Shown here piece after piece: positions 49,466 to 58,259 of a stretch of 64,000 nt of DNA. Numbering within the stretch: the first letter of the stretch is position 1; each line of letters begins with the position of its first letter. The DNA comes from Acidobacteriota bacterium (lineage in GTDB: Bacteria; Acidobacteriota; UBA6911), in the NCBI GenBank assembly GCA_963664705.1, contig OY761556.1:6656001-6720000 (forward strand), given 5' to 3'. The notes beneath the pieces are model-generated. The model made no database searches. It had not been told where the DNA came from and saw only the letters and a program-made list of their open reading frames with translations. The translations under genes and the position numbers were made by a program.

Positions 49466-50263
49466 TTATTGGGCCTTCGAAGGAATAACCGCGCCTTTCT
49501 TCGGGAATTCTCCCTTCAGCGCACTTCGAACGATCTGTTTGATGTTCTGGCTGAACTCCCCTTTATCTGCAATCCAGACGAGATAGTCCGCGTCCTTTTC
49601 CGCGATTTCCTGGAGCAATCGGCCGCGATACTTGCCGAAGGTGAACGCCGCATTGGACCCGCTCCATTCGAATTTTCCTTCCGGGTCAACGGATCGGTTG
49701 AACAGGCTGTTCAGGCCCGATGGGTCGCGCGGCAGGTCTTCGTAGCGGATCAACTGGGCGTTGAGGACCTTCCAGGTGGCAATGACGTCATCCAGCGCCG
49801 TGTGTGCGTTTTCGTGGGCTTCATTCAGATAGAACCGGCAGGCAGCTTCGAGCGTCCTGGGTTCCTTCGCGTGGTAGATCTGTTTCGCATCCACAATGGC
49901 CCGGTCGTTGCAGAGGAATGGAATGGAAGCCCGATCGAATTCGCGCTGCAGCATGCGCAGGTCATAGCCTGAAAGATTGAAGCCGGCAAGATCGCACTCA
50001 TTCAGGAAATCGGCGATCTCCTGGGCGACTGCTTTGAAAGGAGGTTCATGCGCCACGTCCTCGTTCCGGATTCCGTGCACGGCGGTTGCTTCCGGAGGGA
50101 TCGGCATTTGCGGGTGGATCCTCCTGACGTACTGGGATGAAGATCCATCCGGGGCAATCCGAAGAATGGCAATTTCGACGATGCGGTCCTGATCCGGCCG
50201 GAGGCCGGTAGTTTCGAGGTCCAGGACCGCCAATGGGCGCTTCAGTTTGATCGACAATTCCAT
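49466..50263 (-). CDS. 3'-5' exonuclease, DnaQ/DEDDh family
   Basis: LDLETTG, GFN..YD, AHTALDD; C-terminal FGKYRG. Confidence 0.9.
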   Translation of the reverse strand: MELSIKLKRPLAVLDLETTGLRPDQDRIVEIAILRIAPDGSSSQYVRRIHPQMPIPPEATAVHGIRNEDVAHEPPFKAVAQEIADFLNECDLAGFNLSGYDLRMLQREFDRASIPFLCNDRAIVDAKQIYHAKEPRTLEAACRFYLNEAHENAHTALDDVIATWKVLNAQLIRYEDLPRDPSGLNSLFNRSVDPEGKFEWSGSNAAFTFGKYRGRLLQEIAEKDADYLVWIADKGEFSQNIKQIVRSALKGEFPKKGAVIPSKAQ

Positions 50264-50476
50264 ATGCATGCCTCGCGTTCTCCCAGGTTCTGTTGAAAAA
50301 GCAGTTTGTCTCATACGCTGTGGTGAACGCAACTGGAATAGCGCCGGAGGTGCCGGCGTCGTCTTTTGCAGGATTTCAGATTCCAAATTCCAGACCACGA
50401 CTGGGGAGGATTTACTGGGAGATGGAAGCAGCCACGCTCTTGTCGGCGAGACGGCCGCGCACGCGGTGATTTATCT

Positions 50477-51076
50477 TCAGTTCGGCTGGCGGGACGACGG
50501 TGCCACGGGAAGCAATTGGAGGTTCTGTTCCCGGGAAAAAACGAGATCCTTCAATTCCTGATCCATATCGGCGTTGATTGCGCGCGAGTGGGGGAGAATG
50601 TAGTCCCTGGTTTCAGAGAGAATTTTATTCACGAAGGTTCGATCGTGGACATATCCAAGGGAGATGAGGTTGCTGATGCGATCGGCCAGCTTCAGAATTT
50701 TTGCGCGTTCGCTGCCGGTTTCCATGATTCGTTTCAGGTATGCGGACTTTGGTTCTTTGACCCCTTCCGTATTGATTCTTCGCGTGAGTTCGAGCATAAG
50801 CTGGTACACCTGCTCGCCGTCGGAGTCGATGGCGGCGATATCCTGATGGCTGATACCGGGCATCCCGAGGGCGTCCTCGGCGAGGTCGTGGATGATGCTT
50901 GTTTTGAGGAGCACGGGGTCGATGATCAGGTAATCCAGGAGGATGGTCAGCGTCATCATCTGGTGGCGGAACATATTTCCGCCGGAGATTCTTGGCACCC
51001 CGATCAAAGCGCGGGCTTTGCCAATGTAGGGAGCCAGTGTCATTTGTGCCAGTTGTTGGATCCAGTCCCCTGTCAT
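50477..51076 (-). CDS. HD-domain protein, Mesh1/small alarmone hydrolase-like
   Basis: R..G..FRH, IIHDLAED, LTR, KLADRISN. Confidence 0.72.
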   Translation of the reverse strand: MTGDWIQQLAQMTLAPYIGKARALIGVPRISGGNMFRHQMMTLTILLDYLIIDPVLLKTSIIHDLAEDALGMPGISHQDIAAIDSDGEQVYQLMLELTRRINTEGVKEPKSAYLKRIMETGSERAKILKLADRISNLISLGYVHDRTFVNKILSETRDYILPHSRAINADMDQELKDLVFSREQNLQLLPVAPSSRQPN

Positions 51077-51330
51077 CCCGGTTTCCTCCGATTCGATTCG
51101 AAGCGCGCTTCTCTTCCATGCATGACTGCAAAACTCCAAGGCTGGAAAAGTCCGTTCTCCTGGTGCTTGTTTCGATTTCAGGCTGTAAGATGCAGAGTAC
51201 AGGGATCGGACTCCAACATGCAACCGGCATCTTGCGGACATGGAACCGGAGGCGGGTGTGCGCAGCCTCGATCTGTATGGGCTGAGATAATTGGGTGCAA
51301 AGCAAAACCGTGATCCAGGGAATAGGGACA

Positions 51331-51825
51331 ATGATGAAAATTGTCGGAGTGATGGGGCCGGGTGAGGCTGCCACGGAAGATGAGAAGGGTTTGGCATTTG
51401 AGTTGGGGCATGCGCTTGCCCGGCAGGGATGGGTTTTGCTCACGGGCGGGCGCAATGTCGGGGTCATGGATGCGGCGAGCCGGGGAGCGAAATCCGCACA
51501 AGGGCTTGTTGTGGGGATTCTTCCTGGCGCGGATCACGGTGGAATTTCTTCCGCTGTGGACATTCCTATCGTTACTGGGATGGGCGAAGCCAGGGATAAC
51601 ATTAATGTGCTTTCCAGCCAGGTGTTGTTCTTTATCGGGATGAATCCCGGCACCGCCTGCGAACTTGCGCTGGCGATCAAGCATGAGAAGCCGATTATTC
51701 TGGTTCGCCCGGGCGAAGACGTCGCTCGTTTCTACAGATCCATGAGCGGCGGCATACAGGAGGTGGAGGATATCCCCTCTGCCGTAGCGGTCGCCAGTCG
51801 CATTTTGGGCGATATGGAGCCCTAG
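51331..51825 (+). CDS. LOG/SLOG family protein (TIGR00725-like)
   Basis: LTGG..GVMDA..GA, VGILP, TGMGEARDNIN, GT..E. Confidence 0.85.
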   Translation: MMKIVGVMGPGEAATEDEKGLAFELGHALARQGWVLLTGGRNVGVMDAASRGAKSAQGLVVGILPGADHGGISSAVDIPIVTGMGEARDNINVLSSQVLFFIGMNPGTACELALAIKHEKPIILVRPGEDVARFYRSMSGGIQEVEDIPSAVAVASRILGDMEP

Positions 51826-51976
51826 CCTGGTGGAATGCGGGAGGACGGGTGTCATTGCGATCGCACTGTATCTCGACCGGGCATTTGGGCCGGATAGATT
51901 ATTTGCCGGCCGAAGATACAAATCGGGTGTTGCGGAGTTGGGAATTATTGGCTATATTATTGCGGCTGTTTGCAAT

Positions 51977-52053
51977 GCGCCCGTAGCTCAGCTGGATAGA
52001 GCGTTTGACTACGAATCAAAAGGTCGCAAGTTCGAGTCTTGCCGGGCGCACCA
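51977..52053 (+). tRNA. tRNA-Arg(ACG)
   Basis: GCGCCCG acceptor stem, D-arm AGCTCAGCTGGATAGAGC, anticodon arm TTTGA-CTACGAA-TCAAA, TTCGA T-loop, encoded CCA. Confidence 0.97.
52007..52051 (+). repeat. attL core (tRNA 3' part)
   Basis: GACTACGAATCAAAAGGTCGCAAGTTCGAGTCTTGCCGGGCGCAC, identical to 63370-63414. Confidence 0.95.
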
Positions 52054-52117
52054 CAAATCCTTGATTCTTCTGTAGTTGCCCATCTTCTGAAATCCGTAGT
52101 CCCTGGCCATAAGCACC

Positions 52118-52138
52118 TTGGGGGTTATTTGGGGGTAA
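52118..52138. other. Putative integrase arm-type binding site
   Basis: TTGGGGGTTATTTGGGGGTAA, identical at 61612-61632 and 63222-63242, variant at 63481-63500. Confidence 0.7.
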
Positions 52139-53212
52139 TCAGGCGGTTTTCGTCTTGTCTTTCGACGTAACTGCCAGCGAAGCTCCAAGCGCATTCATTG
52201 CCGCCCGGGTGTGCTCCGACGAGAGGTGAGCATATCTCAGTGTCATCTCAAAATCCTTATGCCTGAGAATTTCCTTCACGGTCGCGAGCGGAACTCCGCT
52301 CATGACCATGTGAGAGGCAGCGGTGTGTCTCAGTGTGTGGAATGTGACGTCTTCCAGCTTTGCCGCCTTGACAGCTTCCTCGAACTGCCGCTTGAGATCC
52401 CAGTAGGGCTGCCCTTTGATCTTCCCAGTGAAGACATAAGGAGAATCAAAGCGACGTGGAATGGATCGAAGAATCTCAACCGCTCTTTTGTCCAGCGGGA
52501 TGGTGGAATATTCGCCGTTCTTCTGGTCGAGGATTTCCAGATATTCCTGGCGAAGGTTGACATGCTCCCACTTCAGTCGAAAGACTTCGCTTTTGCGCAG
52601 TCCGGTGTGAAGTGCGAGCTCAATCATCTGCTTTAAGTCCGGAGTTGGACTGGCGTCCAGAAGAATGCTGCATTCTTCCGCGGTCAGATATCGCAACCGG
52701 CGATTGTTTTCCTTGAACTGCTTTACTCCGTGGCATGGATGGCTTTGGATAACCTTCCACTCAACAGCTTTGCTGAACAGATGCCGCAGACAAGCCATGC
52801 GGCGGTTGACCGTTGCCGGTTTGAACGGCAATTTGCGCCGGCTTTCTTTGTTCATCAGTTCAGCCTGGTACTTTTCAATGTCGGCACGTGTGATGCTGCT
52901 AAGCAAAGTGCCACTTCCGAATTGTGCTTTGATGCTCTCCAGATGAGACTCCTTGCTTTTGGCAGCTTTCTGGCCGATATCCTGGCACCATTGCGAATAC
53001 CGATCGGCGAATTGTCCGAGTGTGTCTTTGGAGACTCGTTTCTTTTCCAGGTATCGATCTTCATCAATGAGGGTCTGTATTTTCCTGAGATTTGTTTCAG
53101 CCATTTCCGGGGTAGCGCATGTTTCTCTTATTCGTACCCCTTTGAAGAACGTGTCTATCCTCCAGCGGTTGCCACGAGGCGCGATGCCAGGTGGTAACTT
53201 CTTTTTGCTCAT
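52139..53212 (-). CDS. int: Tyrosine recombinase (phage integrase)
   Basis: HTGLRKSE, QKNG, FHTLRHT, LRH, TLRYAH catalytic residues; adjacent to the tRNA. Confidence 0.96.
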   Translation of the reverse strand: MSKKKLPPGIAPRGNRWRIDTFFKGVRIRETCATPEMAETNLRKIQTLIDEDRYLEKKRVSKDTLGQFADRYSQWCQDIGQKAAKSKESHLESIKAQFGSGTLLSSITRADIEKYQAELMNKESRRKLPFKPATVNRRMACLRHLFSKAVEWKVIQSHPCHGVKQFKENNRRLRYLTAEECSILLDASPTPDLKQMIELALHTGLRKSEVFRLKWEHVNLRQEYLEILDQKNGEYSTIPLDKRAVEILRSIPRRFDSPYVFTGKIKGQPYWDLKRQFEEAVKAAKLEDVTFHTLRHTAASHMVMSGVPLATVKEILRHKDFEMTLRYAHLSSEHTRAAMNALGASLAVTSKDKTKTA

Positions 53213-53304
53213 ATTTGTATCTCTCCGTTGGTAAAGGATTGTCGATCAATAACATCCCTGGTTTAGGATGCACGTTCATTCATTGACACGGCTGTGTGGA
53301 GGTG

Positions 53305-53520
53305 TCAATTGGATTTTGGCTTGATCAATGCTCGTTCGCTTCTCCGGAATAAGACAAGGTATCGCCAAAAGTGCCCATTGGGATCCTGGAAGACGATGGC
53401 AGTTTCGGATTTCCAGACAATCCTGTGCACAAAATGACCATCCAAAATCAGGGCAGGGGAAACAGATTTCGTTACCTCGTGCCGGGCCAGATGGATTTTT
53501 GTCATCTCAAGAAAGCTCAT
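53305..53520 (-). CDS. Small hypothetical protein
   Basis: 71 aa between primase and integrase, same strand. Confidence 0.45.
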   Translation of the reverse strand: MSFLEMTKIHLARHEVTKSVSPALILDGHFVHRIVWKSETAIVFQDPNGHFWRYLVLFRRSERALIKPKSN

Positions 53521-53540
53521 GCTATTGATTCCTCAGGTTG

Positions 53541-53589
53541 CGAGAAAAGCGGGATAAGCGAGATAAGCCGCCTTTTCTCGCTTTTCACG
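53541..53589. repeat. 9-bp iteron cluster, putative origin
   Basis: CGAGAAAAG CGGGATAAG CGAGATAAG, then inverted CTTTTCTCG CTTTTCACG, at the primase 3' end. Confidence 0.65.
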
Positions 53590-55666
53590 CAGATTTCCAT
53601 ACGGTTAACGGCCTTCCTTTGGTCTGTTTGCTCTCTTTTGTCACTTTGCCCACGCGCAATAATATATCCAGAGCTAGATCTTTCTCGCGAGTTCGATGCC
53701 CTCCAAAAAGGCGCCCAATCTCATCGTCTGTCAGGGATCCATCCGCTGATTCCTGCAAGGCATCGATAATCCTATCCGCACACTGATTCCCGGTCTTGGT
53801 TCCGAAGACATAGCGAACTGATGCATCGCAATAGTCCCATACTGCTGTTGCCGCCTGGAGATGTTCAATGCGGATCACGTTGGAACAATCCATTAGCGCA
53901 TAAATCAGGCTCAGCCGAAGCACTTGTGCCTCTGCCCGATTCAATAATCCACCAGCCAACCCAGGTTGGCCTTCAGATAAAGGGAAATAGATTGTTTCCC
54001 ACATTTCATTTGCCGGCGTATTGCGGACGATCCTGCCGGCGTTTCGGGCAAGGATCACGGCTCGTTCCATCTGTTCCGTCAGGCTGTTCAGTATCTCAGG
54101 CGGCAACGCCGCGCCGTGTGGTAATGCTTTTGATCTTTTTGCCAGCAGCCACAGGAACCGATTGCCAAACCCATTGCTCTGTTCTGTCGCAGACAGACAT
54201 CGGATCAATTCGTCTTTTGTGGTATGCCCGATGATCGAGACATGAGCGCCAGTTGAGTGGATAGGATTGTTACGAGTGAGCGTGGAAAGATTTCCGCTGT
54301 CCCACGCTTGCCGGATAACTCCTGAAAGGCTGTTTCCTTCTCGCCCCATGATCTTCAGCATGTTGGAAAATTCCGACTCGATGCAAAACAGACGCTTGTC
54401 TGGTTCTCCGGAATCAACAATCTCCTCTTCATAGTCGATAATTCGCCCACCCCTTTTTACCGGGACGGTTTTCCTCAATTCATCTCTGACGTGATAGATG
54501 AGTCCCTCTCCAGATGACAGCCCGCAGCGGACTCTACCTTCGGACCACTTGCCGTCAATCCTGCTGAATATTTCCCTTGGTGTGCTCCAGGATGTTCCTT
54601 TCCTCCCTTTGGAAGATTCTCCAATCACCACGGCGAAAATCCGAGCTGGATGCAGGTCATTTTGCACGGCTGCGTGTGCGCTGGACCCAATGATGTTTCC
54701 AAACGCGGCTAACACATGGATGAGCACAGAGGCCGGATCCGCTTCAGTATATGGGTCTATCGCGCGGACAATATCGCCAGGCAATCCATATAGAGCTTCA
54801 GGAGCCAGAACTGGCCATGAAAGAACTGTCGGTTCATTTTTCTGGCGCATCGAAATGTAGGGAGTCTTTTCATATGGAGACCCCTTTTGCATATGCTGGA
54901 TCAATTGATCATAAGTGCCTCCAGCTTGAATCCAATCGGACACATCTCCCTTTTCCGGCAATCCAGGAAGCGTCACAATCCCGACTCGGTTAGCGATAGG
55001 CATCAGATTGCGGGCAACGTCTCTTGCATGCCGTTCACCTGGCTCATCGTTATCTGGAAATATGGTCACTTCTTTACCGGTGAACAATGAATTGAAGTCC
55101 GCCCTCCATTTGCCGGCTCCTCCCGGATTGCAGGTTGCGGGAATGCCAATTGACCAGAGATGATCAACGTCCTTTTCGCCTTCGACGACGCAGACCATCT
55201 TTGAATCTTTCCATTCCGGCAACCTGTAGGGCAACAGCTTCACGCCCTGCATGCATCCCTCACCGCCGATCCACCCGCTGCCGTCCGCTCGCTCCTGAAC
55301 GAATGTCTTGCCTATTTGCGTCTTGTATCTTTTCACCCGAAACAGAGGATCCCCGTTCTCATTTCTATACACATAATCACAAATAAACTCCCAGCTGTTT
55401 TTCCCATTCAGCAGCCCATGATCACGCAGCCAGGATGAGACCGCTTTCCGGTTATCGGGATGAAGGCCGGAAATAAACGCCGCCAGATCCCAGGCATTGC
55501 CTGATTTGCCACAGGGGCCGCAGAGCCAGCAGTTCTTTTCCGGATTGATTGAAAGGCTGGGATGTTGATCGTCATGGCGAGGACACCGAAAAAGCATCTC
55601 TCTTCCTAAATACCGTCCACCCAAAAGGGCAGCTGCACGTGCGATCTCTATGCATTGGAGGGTCAT
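53585..55666 (-). CDS. Primase-helicase: CHC2 zinc finger, Toprim, DUF3987-like P-loop domain
   Basis: CPRHDD.HPSL..CGPC; VVEGEKD, PDNDEPG; GESSKGRKGTS; start coupled (ATGA) to upstream HTH gene. Confidence 0.85.
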   Translation of the reverse strand: MTLQCIEIARAAALLGGRYLGREMLFRCPRHDDQHPSLSINPEKNCWLCGPCGKSGNAWDLAAFISGLHPDNRKAVSSWLRDHGLLNGKNSWEFICDYVYRNENGDPLFRVKRYKTQIGKTFVQERADGSGWIGGEGCMQGVKLLPYRLPEWKDSKMVCVVEGEKDVDHLWSIGIPATCNPGGAGKWRADFNSLFTGKEVTIFPDNDEPGERHARDVARNLMPIANRVGIVTLPGLPEKGDVSDWIQAGGTYDQLIQHMQKGSPYEKTPYISMRQKNEPTVLSWPVLAPEALYGLPGDIVRAIDPYTEADPASVLIHVLAAFGNIIGSSAHAAVQNDLHPARIFAVVIGESSKGRKGTSWSTPREIFSRIDGKWSEGRVRCGLSSGEGLIYHVRDELRKTVPVKRGGRIIDYEEEIVDSGEPDKRLFCIESEFSNMLKIMGREGNSLSGVIRQAWDSGNLSTLTRNNPIHSTGAHVSIIGHTTKDELIRCLSATEQSNGFGNRFLWLLAKRSKALPHGAALPPEILNSLTEQMERAVILARNAGRIVRNTPANEMWETIYFPLSEGQPGLAGGLLNRAEAQVLRLSLIYALMDCSNVIRIEHLQAATAVWDYCDASVRYVFGTKTGNQCADRIIDALQESADGSLTDDEIGRLFGGHRTREKDLALDILLRVGKVTKESKQTKGRPLTVWKSA

Positions 55667-55863
55667 GTCCGCCCGACCTCCCGTTGTTTCATCCACTTCG
55701 TCAGATCGGACGGCTTTACGCGAAAGACCCGTCGGCAGGCTCCCTGGGACACAATCACGCTTGGGATCTCGCCACTGGCAATCATCTGGTGGATCTTGCT
55801 TCGCCGGAGATTGAGGATTTCGCCGACTTCCTTGGGCCCCAAAAGTTTTTCAATAATCTCCAT
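55663..55863 (-). CDS. Excisionase/AlpA-like HTH protein
   Basis: 66 aa, LL..KEV..IL..S.I..M..GEIPS..RV..DL..W; AAGGAG RBS. Confidence 0.85.
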   Translation of the reverse strand: MEIIEKLLGPKEVGEILNLRRSKIHQMIASGEIPSVIVSQGACRRVFRVKPSDLTKWMKQREVGRT

Positions 55864-55889
55864 TGTTCCAGGCTCCTTGTGAGATGAAG

Positions 55890-56300
55890 TTAATGGCCTT
55901 CTGCTTCGAGCTTTTTCCGTATTGCCGCAGCCTCTTCTTTGGGTAGCCGGTGCAGGTTGTATCGTTCACTGTAGGTGAACTCGAAAACAGGCTTTGGCGT
56001 TTCCTGACGGGGCAGCAGCGGAATAAATCGCTCCTGGTGGGGCATTTGGGGACTATCCGCCTTATGTTGAATCGATAGAGTTTTTCTAGCCTCAGCATCC
56101 TTTCGAAAAAAATACACCTTGCGCCCACCGGATCGTGCTTTGACAAATTTTGCGATGGCTGCATGCTGAATGATCAGGCCGTGCCTCTCACGCAGAATGA
56201 CGGCAATTCGCCTGTAGGAGACAGGCGGCCGTTCGCTTCGCAAATCGCTGATTTCACTTTTGTATGGGATCAAGCTTGATTGAAATGGTTTTCCCGGCAC
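55890..56300 (-). CDS. Basic putative DNA-binding (HTH-like) protein
   Basis: GTG start after AGGA; SYRRIAVILRERHGL..I..FVK helix pattern; repeat array directly upstream. Confidence 0.65.
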   Translation of the reverse strand: MPGKPFQSSLIPYKSEISDLRSERPPVSYRRIAVILRERHGLIIQHAAIAKFVKARSGGRKVYFFRKDAEARKTLSIQHKADSPQMPHQERFIPLLPRQETPKPVFEFTYSERYNLHRLPKEEAAAIRKKLEAEGH

Positions 56301-56350
56301 GGGTTATTCCTTTCTGTTTCTGCAACATGGCGCTATGGAAAGAGGCAACA

Positions 56351-56456
56351 TGTCTCCGCTTTGTATCCGCTGTGTGTCCACTTCAGCGTTGAGGATGTAG
56401 AAAAGTGGAGACAGAGTGGAGACAAAGCGGATACAAGTCTCCACTTTGTCTCCACT
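56351..56456. repeat. Array of eight TGTNTCCRCT-type 10-mers, 11-bp period, mixed orientation
   Basis: Direct at 56351, 56362, 56373; inverted at 56404, 56415, 56426; direct at 56436, 56447. Confidence 0.85.
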
Positions 56457-57141
56457 CCATTGGGGCTCGATGGGATGCTTCGAGGTATTGCGTCTAGGAT
56501 TGGAAGGGACCAATCCTAGAATTTCCATCAAGGCTTCCGTGGCTAACCGGCAACATGTAACATCGAATGAATCGCGCTCGATAGACAGAAAAAGGTGGGA
56601 GACATTTCTTGTCACGGCAATCTCCAATTAATGGGAAAGCATTGGTTCTTCCACCACTCATAGACAACGAGCGGGAAAATGGCTCAAAACTTACCGGGCA
56701 TTTTTCCGTATTGTCCTTTTTATCCGTGGCTCATTGCCGAATACCGTTTTGATAAAGAGTGAATGCCGTTCCGACCACCGGTTGCAGCACGTCAGTTTAT
56801 GTACCAAGAAAGGTCGTCACGCTGTCTTTCCATGCGCAGAAAATCCAGGAAAGAGTATACAGGCGATTTGAGAACACTTTTGTGGATGGCGGCTCATGAG
56901 GCCGCGAAAGAGGCCATTTGCCGGGCCAATTGAACAATGGTGAAACATGGAGAATCGATATGAACAATCACCCGGACGCAGAATAATAAAAAAACAAAAT
57001 GCAATTACCTATTGACACATTAAAGAATAAATACTCTTTTTTTAACGATCAATGGTTCAAGAAGTCACCGGAACGAGTGACGATAATTGCCTTCTTGATT
57101 CTGCCTCATCATGTGAAAATGGAGTCAAATTGGAGGCGTGC

Positions 57142-57534
57142 ATGGCTGCGGGTGATCCCCAGAGAACGTGGTTCCCGGAGATGATCCAGAAATTGCGGTT
57201 AGAGTGGAATGAAAGCATGGCTATCCCGGATCTAGTGGCACTATGCGATTCATTAGATAGCATGCTTCATGAAATTCGCTCCACTCGAAATATTCGCCCA
57301 CCTATCGTGAAGTGTCCTAAATGCGGAAAGGTTGGACCTGCCGCAGAAAGACATGTGAGTGTTCGTGCCATGATTCTTTCGCTAAGCCGGTTCGACATCG
57401 TCGATTCGGAGCGTGTAAAAATATTAGAGAAAAAATGGGCGGCTTATCGTAAAGAAAACGGGCTCAATCTCTATGGCAAGGCTGAAACTGGCGAAGTCAG
57501 AATCAGAAGCTGTGTCGATTCCGAAGCCGAGTAA
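57142..57534 (+). CDS. Hypothetical protein with CPKC motif
   Basis: 130 aa; GGAGG RBS. Confidence 0.7.
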   Translation: MAAGDPQRTWFPEMIQKLRLEWNESMAIPDLVALCDSLDSMLHEIRSTRNIRPPIVKCPKCGKVGPAAERHVSVRAMILSLSRFDIVDSERVKILEKKWAAYRKENGLNLYGKAETGEVRIRSCVDSEAE

Positions 57535-57718
57535 TGCGTCGCAGAATAAAGCTCCTGAAGGGAACTTTCAGGTGGTAGGCGGTCCTCACGCAATTTTTGG
57601 CGTTTTATATAAGTTAGGGACCCGACTTTACATATTGGCGTTCTTTCCCCCAATCGGACTTATCGGGACCGGTGATTCTGATTAGTGTTTTCTATGCGGC
57701 TAGAGCTATGGTAGAGGT

Positions 57719-58099
57719 ATGAACCTTCTGAATCGTTCAGTTCTCGGCTTTTTGGTTTTTGCTATCTCCATATGCTTTGGGGCATTGCTTGCGTTCTCGG
57801 CCAGTTCCGTTTTTCGGATGCATCCTTTTGGGGATAAGACTTCGGTTTTGTTTCCAGTATTAGTAGGGATACCATTGGGCTGCGCGCTTGGAAGTGCCAC
57901 GAATCTAAAAATGCATAGACCAAAGATATATGAGAATCGCGGCATCCTGGTGGCGGCGGCGATTGTGGGAGCTTTGGGAGCAATGCTGTGCGTTGTTTTG
58001 GCTGATGCGCTTGAAGGCAAAATATTGCTCCTAAGCCCCTTCATTGTGAGCATCCTGTCTTTTGGAGCATTTTGCTTTTTAATTCATTCCAGGCCCTGA
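57719..58099 (+). CDS. Small 4-TM membrane protein
   Basis: 126 aa hydrophobic ORF; AGAGGT close upstream. Confidence 0.55.
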   Translation: MNLLNRSVLGFLVFAISICFGALLAFSASSVFRMHPFGDKTSVLFPVLVGIPLGCALGSATNLKMHRPKIYENRGILVAAAIVGALGAMLCVVLADALEGKILLLSPFIVSILSFGAFCFLIHSRP

Positions 58100-58259
58100 G
58101 ACAATTACCATTATGGCGTTCTCTCCCATATTCGGACTTCCTGGGACTTGTGTCTAGAAATATGTGATCTAAAATCAATTGTTTCACATCCTACAAGTCA
58201 GCTACAGTTTAGCCTTGGTCTGCGTCAGTTACGCAATTGCATTATGTGAGGGGCTGAAA

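Noticed and set aside
50477-51397. Extended N-termini from the ORF track (also 49466-50398, 11345-13816, 36520-37947, 27713-28270)
   Set aside because: Extensions overlap neighbouring genes or repeats; downstream starts fit RBS position and domain boundaries better
56885-56925. Hammerhead-like CTCATGAGGCCGCGAAAGAGGCC
   Set aside because: Core is CUCAUGA rather than CUGAUGA, and GAAA does not follow stem II
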